From Eledone cirrhosa (lineage: Eukaryota): a stretch of 64,000 bases of DNA. Below, one piece after another: positions 1 through 11,600 of the stretch. Where the stretch lies: assembly GCA_964016885.1 (NCBI GenBank), contig OZ024742.1:69874001-69938000 (forward strand), written 5' to 3'. The notes below the pieces were generated by a model. That model saw only the letters and a list, made by a program, of their open reading frames with translations, did not search any database and was not told the DNA's origin. The translations under genes were made by a program, and so were the position numbers. Position 1 is the first letter of the stretch. Every line of letters begins with the position of its first letter.

Positions 1-1799
1 GTGTGCCAGGCGCCCGGTTTTCTCGGTCTTTGCTTGTCCCAGGATTGCAGCTCGGTGAGTGAGACGAGTCTGGGAAAGGCTCGCCTCACAAACGGGGCCC
101 ACACCGGTTGACTGGAGAGGAATACCTGGAGGTGCCGTAGCCTTAATGCTTGTTTACGTATCATTAGCCACGGCATACCCAGCCCTCCTTTCGAAGGGCG
201 TTGACAGCAGATGGATCTCCTCACCATAGGAGCCCGCTTCTTCCAAAGGAATTGGAAGAGTGCGCGCTCCATTTTGGCGAGCGTTTCCCTTGGGCAAGGC
301 ACAACGGTCAGGCGGTAGTAGATGACGGACGCTATATAAGTGTTCGCCACCTCCGCCCGACCTTTCAGGGACAGTTTGCACTCGGCCCACTTCTGGGTCA
401 GTGCAAACACCCTGTTCATTACCGGGCCCTCCGTCCAGCGCCCGACGACGCCATCGGAGGGCATCGATCTGCCCCTCCACGTGCCCAGTTGCAGACCGAT
501 CGACTTGTCCCGGTTCAGCTTAGCCCCTGTAAACCTTTCGTACTCCTCCAGTAAGGTGCCGATCGCCCCGATTTCCGAGGCCGTCGACACCATTACTGTT
601 ACGTCGTCGGCGTAGGCCGACACCGCTTTCCACAATCCCGGTTCCAACGGTATGCCCTACAACAACTCCAACTTCCGCAGCAGTGGCTCTAGAGTCATTA
701 CATACAGAAGGGAGGAGAGAGGGCACCCCTCTCGGATGGACTGCGCGATTTCGAACGGCTCCGAGAGGAAGCCGTTCACCTTGACCCTAGAGCAGATGCG
801 GCTGCTGTGCATGGCATTGATCCAGCCCCTGAAAATGGGTCCGAAGCCTGCCGCCGCTAGCACCGCATCCAGGTAACCATGGTCGACCCTATCGAATGCC
901 TTAGATTGATCCAAGTTGATCAGGGTCCCATCAAAGCCGGGTTCGTTCCCAACCCTCTCTATGATGTATCGCATGAGGTGGAGGTTGTCGTGGATGGACC
1001 TGGACGGGATAGCACATGTCTGCGCATCTCCCACCAGGTTTCCCACGACAAGCGCCAACCTCTTTGCTAGCACCTTGGCCAAAATCTGTAACTCTGTATT
1101 TTGCAGAGTTATGGGCCTGAAATTATTTATATCGTCCCCCTTGTTCTCGTCCTTCCTCACTAGCGTGACTACGCCCTTGGTCACAGCACAGGGAATTCTC
1201 CCGTTCTGTTGCCAGTTGCAGTAGACCGCCTCGAGGAGATCGGGGAACAAGTCTGGCATAGCTAGATATAGTTCATAAGGAAGACCATCGAGATCCGGGG
1301 ATTTGCGTTTGCCGCATTGGCTCAGCACGTCCTCTATCTCAGCGGCTGAAATCGGCTCCTCGCAGGACTTCGCCTCCCTGTCCGAGAGACGCGGCAGGCC
1401 GTCGAGGTATGGACCGAAGTTCACATCCCCAACCGGCTCCCCGCCCCTTCCGAACAATCCGGCAAAGTGCTTTTGAAAAGCCTCGCACATCTGCTTAGGT
1501 TCAAGGATCACCCGTCCATCCTGGTCTCGCAAAGACCGGATAGTGGATCTGCTCCCTCTTTTGGCTTCTGTCACGCGGGCCCAGCTAACAGCTTTGGTCC
1601 CCTCGTTTCCCAGAGCACGTATTTTGCTTCGGACGATGCAGCCTTCGTGTTTCGCGTCGAAGAACTGGCCCAGGGCCGTTCTCGACGCGACCACGTCGCC
1701 GCTTCTAATTGCCTCTTCTACACTATCTACCAACTCCCTTTCCTTCCTATTTCTATTTGAGGCTAACTCCTTACTAAATTCTATAGAGACTACTCTAAT
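1..1799 (-). mobile_element. Tx1/L1-like non-LTR retrotransposon, 5'-truncated, decayed ORF2 (RT); runs off the left edge
   Basis: ORF 657..1733 has LINE RT motifs (NFRPITL, LDQSKAFDRVDH, IREGCPLS). It is homologous to the copies at 10469-13453, 44489-46600 and 58327-59541. Homology to the 45970 region ends at ~1799. Confidence 0.93.
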
Positions 1800-2906
1800 A
1801 TTCCAAAACAGATAAACCAGCTCATAAAGAGGAAGTTTATAATTTCAAGAGTTCTGTTATTCCATATTTCTATACGTAGTAGGTTTAAAAATAAACCTGC
1901 AAATTCAGTTATAAATAGTACGAGAACTAACATACTCAGGATTGCTATGAAAACTGCAAACGCTATCGATAATTTAACGGCCCGTTTTAATTTCCTGAAA
2001 TAATCTTGGTCCGTCGGAGAAATATAGGCCATGAATTTCTCTATCAATCTTGTGTCATGTACAATGTTGAAGATATGCTTCATGCTATGCTTTAAAATTT
2101 CAACAGAATAGAAGAACAGAGTGTTTTTGTTGATGATAGAAATCCCTGTGTCTACCAATGCATATAGCCGTAATAGATTCAAAACCAAAAATAGTGAAAC
2201 GACAGCCTGAAAAATATTAAACAAATATTGTTGAAGTCTGGTGAGATAATTTGAAGGGTACAAATTTTGCCCACTGAGAGCTGTGAAATGTAATAAGGGT
2301 TTAAAAATCTCCATCAGAATTTCTTTACTTGAATCATGTGTCGATCGCCAGCGTTCAATGTTAGTGGAGGTACTATAACTAGATAAATCAGTACTAGAGA
2401 TGTCAGAGGGAATAGGATGTTGTCTTCGTGAATAAATATTCCTTGATGCGTGTTCTGGCATAGCTGCTACACTGGATTTTTGGAAAAAATTTGCAATTTT
2501 TTTTTCTCTTAGATAGCATCTTGTAACTGTTTGCTGTAGTGATAATGATAGGTTTATTCGCTGGAACTGTTATGGTGGTAATAGAGGTTGAAATAGTGGT
2601 AATTATAGTAGTAGTGGTGTCTGTGGTTGTAGAATTGGTAGATATAGTGGGGATGGTGGAAGTACCTGTATTAGAGGTTGCGGCTGTAGTGGATTTTACT
2701 TCAATGAAGTTGACGTCTGTACAGGTAGAAACTATAGTAGTGATGACTAGTATAGTAGAGGTACTGTCTGTGGTGGTGATAGTGTCTGTAGTGAGGGGTT
2801 TGACTACAGTAGAGTTGATGTCTGTTGTAGTGGTGGTGGTTATAGTGATCGTGGTTACATAACTATTAGTATATGATGTGGTGACGTTATTCTATTCACT
2901 AGTCAT
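1790..2906 (-). pseudogene. Gustatory-receptor-like (7TM chemoreceptor superfamily/Grl-like) gene fragment, truncated by LINE sequence
   Basis: ORF 1790..2461 has ~4 hydrophobic segments with FKPLLHFTALSG, LNLLRLY and YFRKLKR, resembling the N-terminal half of invertebrate Grl proteins. Its stop codon lies in LINE sequence. An upstream Thr-rich frame (ATG at 2906, TAG at codon 5) is out of frame by one base, possibly at the A9 run (~2497-2505). Family assignment is by recall, not by search. Confidence 0.5.
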
Positions 2907-3629
2907 GAAACATCCAATTTACAAATTACTTATTCAGAAACAAATAGTAGAAAGCAAAAATCAAACAAAATATATAATTCATTCAGAGAACTAACATGTG
3001 ACAAGAGTAAGGTTGTTTTCGTTCCTTAGCCAAGGATGAAAGGCATTCATGTTGTAATCATTTTGTCTATTTGTGTACCTATCAGAGAATATATTGTACA
3101 GTGTGTCTTTCCTTTGTTGTTCAAATAACAGTGTTAGCGGAGAGAGATTTGACTGTTCTTTCTAGTATGTTCAGTGACCACGTGCAGAATCCCTCGCTAA
3201 TTCTTCTGTTGTAAAATAGTTTACACTGGTACAGTTTCAATTCTTCTTCAGGAAAAATGTAATAATCATGAGACAGTAGGTGACATTTGAAAGATTGATA
3301 GAGGGTTTACTGGTTCAAAATCATGAAATCATCTTAAATGATCATCTATAATGATGAGATGATGTATATAATATAATGTTTAGAGAATGTATATATTATA
3401 ATGTTGAGGGTCTATATACAATATGACGTTGAGGTAGGGTATAAATATAATGATGTAGTACTGAATATAGATGAAGCACAAATGATGATGTAAAAATGAT
3501 ATATATAAAGTTAAGGCGATGTGTAAAAGTCTCAATATGTGGGTTTATATAATAATGAATGATGTTTTTTATATATTAATACGTATCACTCAGCCATATG
3601 CAAACATAACGCACAGGTATAAATAAACA

Positions 3630-3732
3630 TACATACATACATGCATACATACATACACACCTCCATATATATATATATATACACACATCATATATATATA
3701 TATATAAACATATCATATATATATACATATAC

Positions 3733-3792
<60 letters not shown>

Positions 3793-3808
3793 GTATGTAT
3801 ATATATAT

Positions 3809-3861
<53 letters not shown>
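3630..3861. repeat. Compound (TACA)n/(TA)n/(CA)n microsatellite
   Basis: Seen directly. Confidence 0.98.
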
Positions 3862-3863
<2 letters not shown>

Positions 3864-3899
3864 AATAAACGTGGTGCGTGGTTGCAAATGGGTTACATA

Positions 3900-4813
3900 T
3901 GAATAAAGTGGTCCTTCATCAGTGATCTTCCAGCCATCATCGGTATTTCTTCGCTTTAAAGACCATATACCTCCGGTTGGTGCGAGCAACGGCTAAAGAA
4001 AGTCGTTGGGACACGTAAATAAAGGGAACAGCGAGAGTGTAAACAAACAAAGATGGTGAAGCAACGAAAAGTGACGAAGAACGAGTCAAGTCCCAAATTT
4101 CCATGAATATAAGTTCGGTGAATTCGTGAACGAGAGAGAATAAAGACCATCAAACCTGGTTGAAATGTGAGCAAGGAAGGAATTCCGCACAGGTCTAACG
4201 GGATGAAGAAGGAGTCTAGTCGGTGAATTCAGTGAACATAAGTTCTGTGAAATTGTAGACGAGAGAGAGACTGCTTCCTCTTTCTCTGTATCTTTACCCT
4301 CTCTAACAGTCACTCTCTCTGTTAGCCTCTTTCTCACCCTTCACTCACTCACTCTCTGTTACTACCTCTCCTCCTTCTTCCCGTTTGACCTGTGCGTAAT
4401 TCTTTTCTTTCGCACGCTTGGTTAGGCTGGTTCGCCTTTTTTTCTCTCTCTCGTCTACGATTTCACAGAACTTATGTTCACCGAATTCACGGACTGGACT
4501 CCTTCTTCATCCCGTTAGACCTGTGCGGAATTCCTTCCTTGCTCACATTTCAACCAGGTTTGATGGTCTTTATTCTCTCTCGTTCACGATTTCACCGAAC
4601 TTATATTCATGGAAATTTGGGACTTGACTCGTTCTTCGTCACTTTTCGTTGCTTCACCATCTTTGTTTGTTTACACTCTCACTGTTCCCTTTATTTACGT
4701 GTCCCAACGACTTTCTTTAGCCGTTGCTCGCACCAACCGGAGGTATATGGTCTTCAAAGCAAAGAAATACCGATGATAGTTGGAAGATCACTGATGAAGG
4801 ACCACTTTATTCA
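3900..4813. repeat. Long inverted repeat (~370-bp arms 3900-4270 and 4443-4813, CT-rich spacer) between (TA)n tracts; third copy of the arm at ~60880-61220
   Basis: The ORF track shows near-identical peptides on opposite strands (LTFQPGLMVFILS). The arms are reverse complements with scattered substitutions. Confidence 0.93.
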
Positions 4814-4814
4814 C

Positions 4815-4846
<32 letters not shown>

Positions 4847-5129
4847 ATATATACAGAAACCGGAGCATTAGAACTGATCGCCGCCATTAACTAATATTTT
4901 CATCAGTGACAACATATCAATAGTGGGTGTTGGCTTTATATTGACTTTCTTCCAAGTAATTATGTTATGTGTGCTTGATGTGCACATATGTATATATGTA
5001 TATTATATATATATAATACTCTAATACTTCTAATGCTCCGGTTTCTGTTCAACAGAAGCAAACATATACAGTTGTCAAAGGAGAAGTCGGAGGAGAAGTC
5101 GATCGACTTTCGTCAAATCGGACCGAGGA

Positions 5130-5268
5130 AACAATGCTTCCGTCGGTCTTTCCTGTTGCTAATACTATCTATCGGTCGCAACTCCAGGTAGAAGGAGTGT
5201 GTCCGCGAATCGAACTGACAACCTCACGATTGCGAATCCAATTCTCTAACCACTCAGCCACACGCCTA
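5130..5268 (-). mobile_element. tRNA-derived SINE remnant (second family)
   Basis: The reverse complement reads GGCGTGTGGCTGAGTGGTTAG...CAGTTCGATTC, i.e. box A/box B-like. Confidence 0.6.
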
Positions 5269-5315
5269 TCAGAACACAACGTAAAATATAGGCCAACAAA
5301 TACTGTATATTGTTA

Positions 5316-6046
<731 letters not shown>

Positions 6047-6307
6047 TTAATAATTTAGCGTCGCAAAGTGTGAAAATGTATATATTGCTACGAAAAAAGC
6101 CATTAAAAAATAGTGGATGATATTTACGAGTCCGTGAATATGCGGTGGTTTCCTCGAACAATTATAAGTTAGGTTCTGAGGAAAATTACGCGTATAACCT
6201 GGACTGCGACCTAACGTCTTCACGAACCAAAGTATCATCTTCCTGTTTCCTTTCGATTGCAACGTTTTTCTAAATATTTACTTCTGCGTTCACAGATTGA
6301 TTGTTTT

Positions 6308-6358
6308 AGTTTCAGAAGATCCCGTTAAGGGTGAAAGCAGCGATTCTTTGCTTAAACT
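6308..6358 (+). ncRNA. Type I hammerhead-ribozyme-like fold with U4A core
   Basis: AGTTT CAGAAGA T CCC gttaa GGG T GAA AGCA gcgattctt TGCT T AAACT: stem I 5 bp, stem II 3 bp, stem III 4 bp, CUU triplet. Confidence 0.55.
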
Positions 6359-6369
6359 TTAATCTGTTA

Positions 6370-6480
<111 letters not shown>

Positions 6481-6654
6481 GTGTACAGATATTTTTGCAT
6501 ACACAAAATCAAAACATAAACAAACGTATTTTTTTTCACGAAAGCACAGACGCCTTATCGTCATTGTTATTGCCGATATGCTGCCCAAAAAGTCCTAGCC
6601 TGGCCGCAAGATCAGATTTTCCAGAAGAAAAAATGTTACTAGAGCAACAGAGAG

Positions 6655-6842
6655 ACTAAGCTTCGAGATTACCATCAACAAAGCTCAGTGTCAAACCCTA
6701 AAAGTGGCTGGCCTTCATCTGGGAAAACCATGGTCAATTGTATGTAGGATGCTCTAGGGTGAGCGCGCCAAACAATCTCTTCATCTTTGCTCCCGAGGAC
6801 CGAACAAAAAATATTGTATACTCTGAGGCTCTAACAATGTAA
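6655..6842 (+). pseudogene. Helitron RepHel (Pif1-family helicase) C-terminal fragment
   Basis: Translates as SFEITINKAQCQTLKVAGLHLGKP /frameshift/ HGQLYVGCSRVSAPNNLFIFAPEDRTKNIVYSEAL: Pif1 motifs V/VI and the typical Helitron TKNIVY terminus. Confidence 0.88.
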
Positions 6843-7102
6843 TTTATGTATTTTCTGTTACGTGGAATTTCCATTATGGTTGTACAAATTATTGTAAAGT
6901 TTGTTAAAAAATGTACTCTCTGTTCAACCTTTATTGTTGTAACTATCAATTTTCTTTAACGTACTGGCTGCTGAACTGGGGAATCCTAAAAACTATTCAA
7001 ACCCAAGATCAGAGCACGTTCAACCATCGCTGACTTGAGAGGACGTGCGGTATCTTCCACTGGAGTGGAGGGGGATTCCTGAAAAGATAAAATGCCGGTA
7101 AA

Positions 7103-7441
7103 CCTAGCCGTATATATATAGAGAGAGAGGAGGGAGGGAGATAAAGAAGGAAGAGGAGTGGAAGGAGAGAAGGGGAACAGAAACCTACAATGAAAGAACA
7201 TCTTAAAGTTTACCCAAGCCAAATGTTGTATTATCTGCAGGTTCTTAGCAAGTTTACTGGTGCTAAAGCACCAGTAAACTTGCTAAGAACCTGCAGATAG
7301 AAATGTTAATAAATACAACATTTGGCTTGGGTAAACTTTAAGATGTTCTTTCATTGTAGGTTTCTGTTCCCCTTCTCTCCTTCCACTCCTCTTCCTTCTT
7401 TATCTCCCTCCCTCCTCTCTCTCTATATATATACGGCTAGG
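7103..7441. repeat. Near-perfect 339-bp palindrome with a 2-nt loop at ~7265
   Basis: Identical peptides are called on both strands (6986..7222- and 7322..7513+). The centre is ACTGGTGCT-AA-AGCACCAGT; there is one small indel. Confidence 0.95.
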
Positions 7442-7592
7442 TATTCAAGTCTCATATCGTTTTTTATTGACATGGTGCATATATCGCAGCTATTCATATG
7501 TTTTAAACATTAGATAACGATTGCTGATGTATGTTATACGACAGAATTAGTTGAAAAATATTTTGAATGAACAAATAAAAGAGATATAGTAA

Positions 7593-8104
7593 CCTATACA
7601 TAATATAAAAGAGAGATGTTTGTTGGTTGGTTCCTTCGCGTATCACAAAAAAACGAAAAGTGACAATCGGAAAGTATGTACAGGATTGGGATAAGAGTAT
7701 ATCCAGGAAAGTTTATTGATACTAATTTTATAACACCAAAGAAGAAGAAAGACATACCACATATGCTAACCAACCTGACTGCTATTTCTAGCAGGCTGGG
7801 ATCAACCATAAGGGATTCTCTCTGCGAGTTCATTGTCAGTGATGATCGTGTTTCGCGGCCTGTCTCCGATTCCAACGGTGGTTTACACACACACACACCC
7901 ACACGCACACGCACACACGAACACTCACACAGGCACACACACACACACACACATACACGAGCACTCAAACACACAAACACATACACCACACACACACAAT
8001 ACACACACTGTAAACAAGACAATGCATACAATACAGATGTTTTCTCTTCTGCCGGTCTTCTCTTATCATTTGTTAACCTTGGCGAAGCTGGGTACCTCAG
8101 CTAG
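7593..8104 (+). mobile_element. Non-autonomous Helitron
   Basis: 5' CCTATACATAATATAAAAGAGAGATGTTTG (TC-start variant). 3' CCTTGGCGAAGCTGGG imperfect hairpin + CTAG|T. Confidence 0.65.
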
Positions 8105-8446
8105 TACTATATATTCTCAAGAGTTCCAGTGAGTGACAGGAGAGAGATACACAATCTTGACAAAGGGTGATAACCCAGAAAAAATATTGTTAATTGTTTT
8201 TCTCTGTCACCGCTAGAACAAAAGGATGGTGATGGTTATCTTCAAAACATAGGTTAATAAGGCTGTTTGCTTGCAAACAAATCGAATATTACTATTAATC
8301 GATATAAAACTCACGAATGCATTTACGTATCCGCTATTTCTAATTTTGTTTTTTAAAGAAAACATTTTGCATTGTTTAGCCTTCTATCTCTTTCAACGTT
8401 ATATATGATATACATGCTTCAAGCAAACTATAACATTTTATTATTA

Positions 8447-8610
8447 CCATGCTTTCCAGCATAGTTACGTTCTTTTACAGTCTGAGTTCAAATCCGTCGA
8501 GGTTAACTTTGCCTTTCATCCTTACGGGGTCGATAAAATAAAGTACCAGTAATGCACTGGATGTGTCTGGCCTTGTGCCAAAAGTAGAAACAATTATTAT
8601 TATTATTATT
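8447..8610 (+). mobile_element. tRNA-derived SINE (major family), 5'-truncated, (ATT)n tail
   Basis: Box B GAGTTCAAATCC, central GCCTTTCATCCTTACGGGGTCGATAAAATAAAGTACC, and 3' TGGCCTTGTGCCAAAAGTAGAAAC are shared by ~15 copies. Confidence 0.9.
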
Positions 8611-11600
8611 GGTCTGTTCGGACGCTTTTTTCTCGCTCCCTGTAAGTCACTTTATTTACTTGTTATAATTATTTGTTGCTTAATTTTTCTAGTTGTGTAA
8701 GGGATATAAGCCCTTGGACTTTGCCCTGTGAAAGGGAAAGTATAATATTTGGGTCTTTTGACCCAAATATTAGATTAATATTAGAACATTTTACTTTTAA
8801 AAGAATTTTAAAAAAACATGGCTGAGCCACGCCCCCCCCCCTCCCCCAACAATATCTCTGCTGTCGTGTGACAACGGCGTAAAAATTGAGAGGATGGTTA
8901 CAGAAATTGATACAACAGACACCACCACAAACAACGTGAACAAAGACAACAACACTGAGAACAGTAATTTTGAAAAAATTACCACACCGACTACAACAAT
9001 AACAGCGACAACCAAAATACAGACAACAGAAAAAAAATGACAACGAATGCAACAATATTAACACCACTAACAAGAAAATAAACAACGACAACACCAATAG
9101 CAACAATACAAATTGCACCGAAAACAGCAACAACGGTGGCACCAAAAACACAACCAACTACAACAGTGATAACAGCAACAACACCAACAACACCGTTTGT
9201 AGCAGGAGCAACAGCAACAGCACCAACAACAAGACCAGTAGCAACAGTAGCGGCAGCAATAATGGTGCCGCTGAAAAAGGAGCCACTTCTTTCGCAGGTG
9301 TGGCCGAAATATAGACACAGTGCTAGTCACAGAGGAGGAGATGGCAGTCGCAAGAGCCATGGTGTCAAGAAACGACAATAGAGTTTCCCTGAAACCTCTA
9401 CCTGATTTCTTCAAAGACCAGCAGCTGCGCATCGTAAGCAAAATGTCACATCGGGTGGAGAGACCCACTGAGGCTCAAATCCAAAAGGCCTTGGGGTGCG
9501 TCTGGGCGCGCAAAACCCACATCACCCGAGGCAAAAAGTACGCCACAGTAGACGTACTTTTCGCCACACCCCAAGAGGCGAAGTCTGACTCTTTGGAAAC
9601 CCTAAAGAGTGAGGAGATAGTCTTGGTGCCCTCCTACTCGGGCAGATAATTTTAAGGGTCAAAGTGACCCAGGTCCCACCCGACGTGCCCATACCTAGAC
9701 TGGCCGCGTCTGTACTGGCTGGAATCGAGAAGACCACCATACTGCAAATACAAAGAATGGGAAGAGAGAACTGGTCAGGAATAGGCATGCAAATGCTAAT
9801 ACAGACTGACCAGGAGTGCATCGAGGCCATCCCAGACATCATAGACCTCCAAGAAGGACTCCAACTCCCTATAAGCGTGGAAGGAAGGCGCCCAAAATGC
9901 TATCTCTTCCTTCGCCCTCCAAAAACAAAATGTAGGGCGAAACAAACAAACTAACAAAACGTTAAGACAGCTATGTCACCACCCACACCAGCATCACCAA
10001 CCCCATCACCACAAACACCAACACCACCATCATTAACCCCAACACCACCATCACCAACACCACAAAAATCACCAAAAAGCGAAACAGAAACAAACCCACA
10101 ACAAACGCACACAAATAACAAAACAACCAAAACGATACCCACTACACAGCATTAAACTTGAACAGCAACTAATTATTGCACTACATCCAACACAACACCA
10201 GCATCACAGAAAAAGACTACACAACACCCCAAAAATTCACACCGCCTCCACATATACGAATCACGCGCATCACACAGAAAACGTACACGACACTAAAATT
10301 AAAATTCCCCAAGGACATCGGAGACTTCCGACAAACACTTTCCAGGAGGATATATAAGGACATCCTTCCGGAGGAGGGCACAAGCAGTGAGAAGGATTGA
10401 AAAACCATCCTTCCTCTACGAGAAGTGAGGTAAGTGGTCTTTCCCATCTTTTCCCACTTCTTTTCAACATGACCTCACTCAGAATAGGCAGCATAAATGC
10501 GCGTAGCCTGGGGTCGTCATGGAAGCAGGGCCACTTGCTCAACGACCTCAGGTCACTAAACATAGATGTGGTGGCCATCAGCGAGACCAGAATCTCCGAA
10601 GCACGAGCCTTCGCACCGAACTTCGGCGGCTACGATGTGTACGCATCTCCCAGCTGTCCTGGATCGAGGGGGTGGAGTTGCTGTGCTTTTTCGGAGAGGT
10701 TTGGATCTCGCCATACGGGCCATCTTCCTGGACCCAGAAGGTAAATTGGTGGTGCTGGACGTGACCAGGGAGACAGGCAAGCTTTCAGACTAGTGGCCGT
10801 CTATGCCCCGACAGGGGCAGGGCAGCCTGATTTCCTCCGGCGTCTGGAGACCTTTCTTGGAATGTCCCGCTCTTTAGTGTTAGTGGGTGACTGGAACGGA
10901 ATCTTAGATGCACGCTGGGACTGTGTGGGATTAGCGGATAAGGGAGGAGGGTGTAAAAGCCTCGCAAACCTGCTCAGACAGTTTCAACTGTCTGACAGGT
11001 ACCGTCTGGATTTCCCGAATGTGCCAATGTGGACATGGACAAACCGCATCGGGTCTAGCATAGGCTGTCCACATTTCAAAATAGTCGACTACACGGACCA
11101 CAAATTCGTGATCTGTGAGGTTGACTTAGATAGGCTTCATAGACAGGGACCCGGCTACTGGAAGCTAAACGCGTCATTAACAGCACGCAAGGCCTACAGA
11201 GACCGGATTAGCGAATTAGTTAAGCGAGCGTTGACGGGGTCCATCGTCAACAACAAATGGTGGTTTGCTCTGAAAAGGGCGATTAGAATAGAGTCCATTA
11301 GGTTTAGTAGGGCTTTAGCAATAGAGAAAAATAGAGCAGAGGGAGAACTAGTTAGAAACTTAGACGAGGCGCTTAGTAAAGGCATCACGACCGACGTACT
11401 TGCGGTGAAATTGGCCCTTGACCAATTCTTCAATGCAAAGCACGAAGGCTGCGTTGTCAGAGCTAGAGTGCGTGCTCTCAGGAACGAGGGGACGAAAGCC
11501 ATTCAATGGGCCCGAGTGGCGGAGGCGCGTCGTGGCAACAAAGCCACGATCCGGTCTTTGGTGGACCACGACGGGCGCATGCTACTCGATCTCGGGCAAA

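Noticed and set aside
2539-2862. Val/Ile-rich + strand ORF as a membrane protein
   Set aside because: Antisense of the Thr-rich low-complexity tract.
3219-3257. Minus-strand CTGAAGA..GAAACTG tac CAGT hammerhead-like string
   Set aside because: Position 17 is G and stem I does not pair; likely chance.
4780-4910. CTGATGA motifs at 4791(+) and ~4900(-) as ribozymes
   Set aside because: No correctly placed GAAA/stem III/NUH could be assembled.
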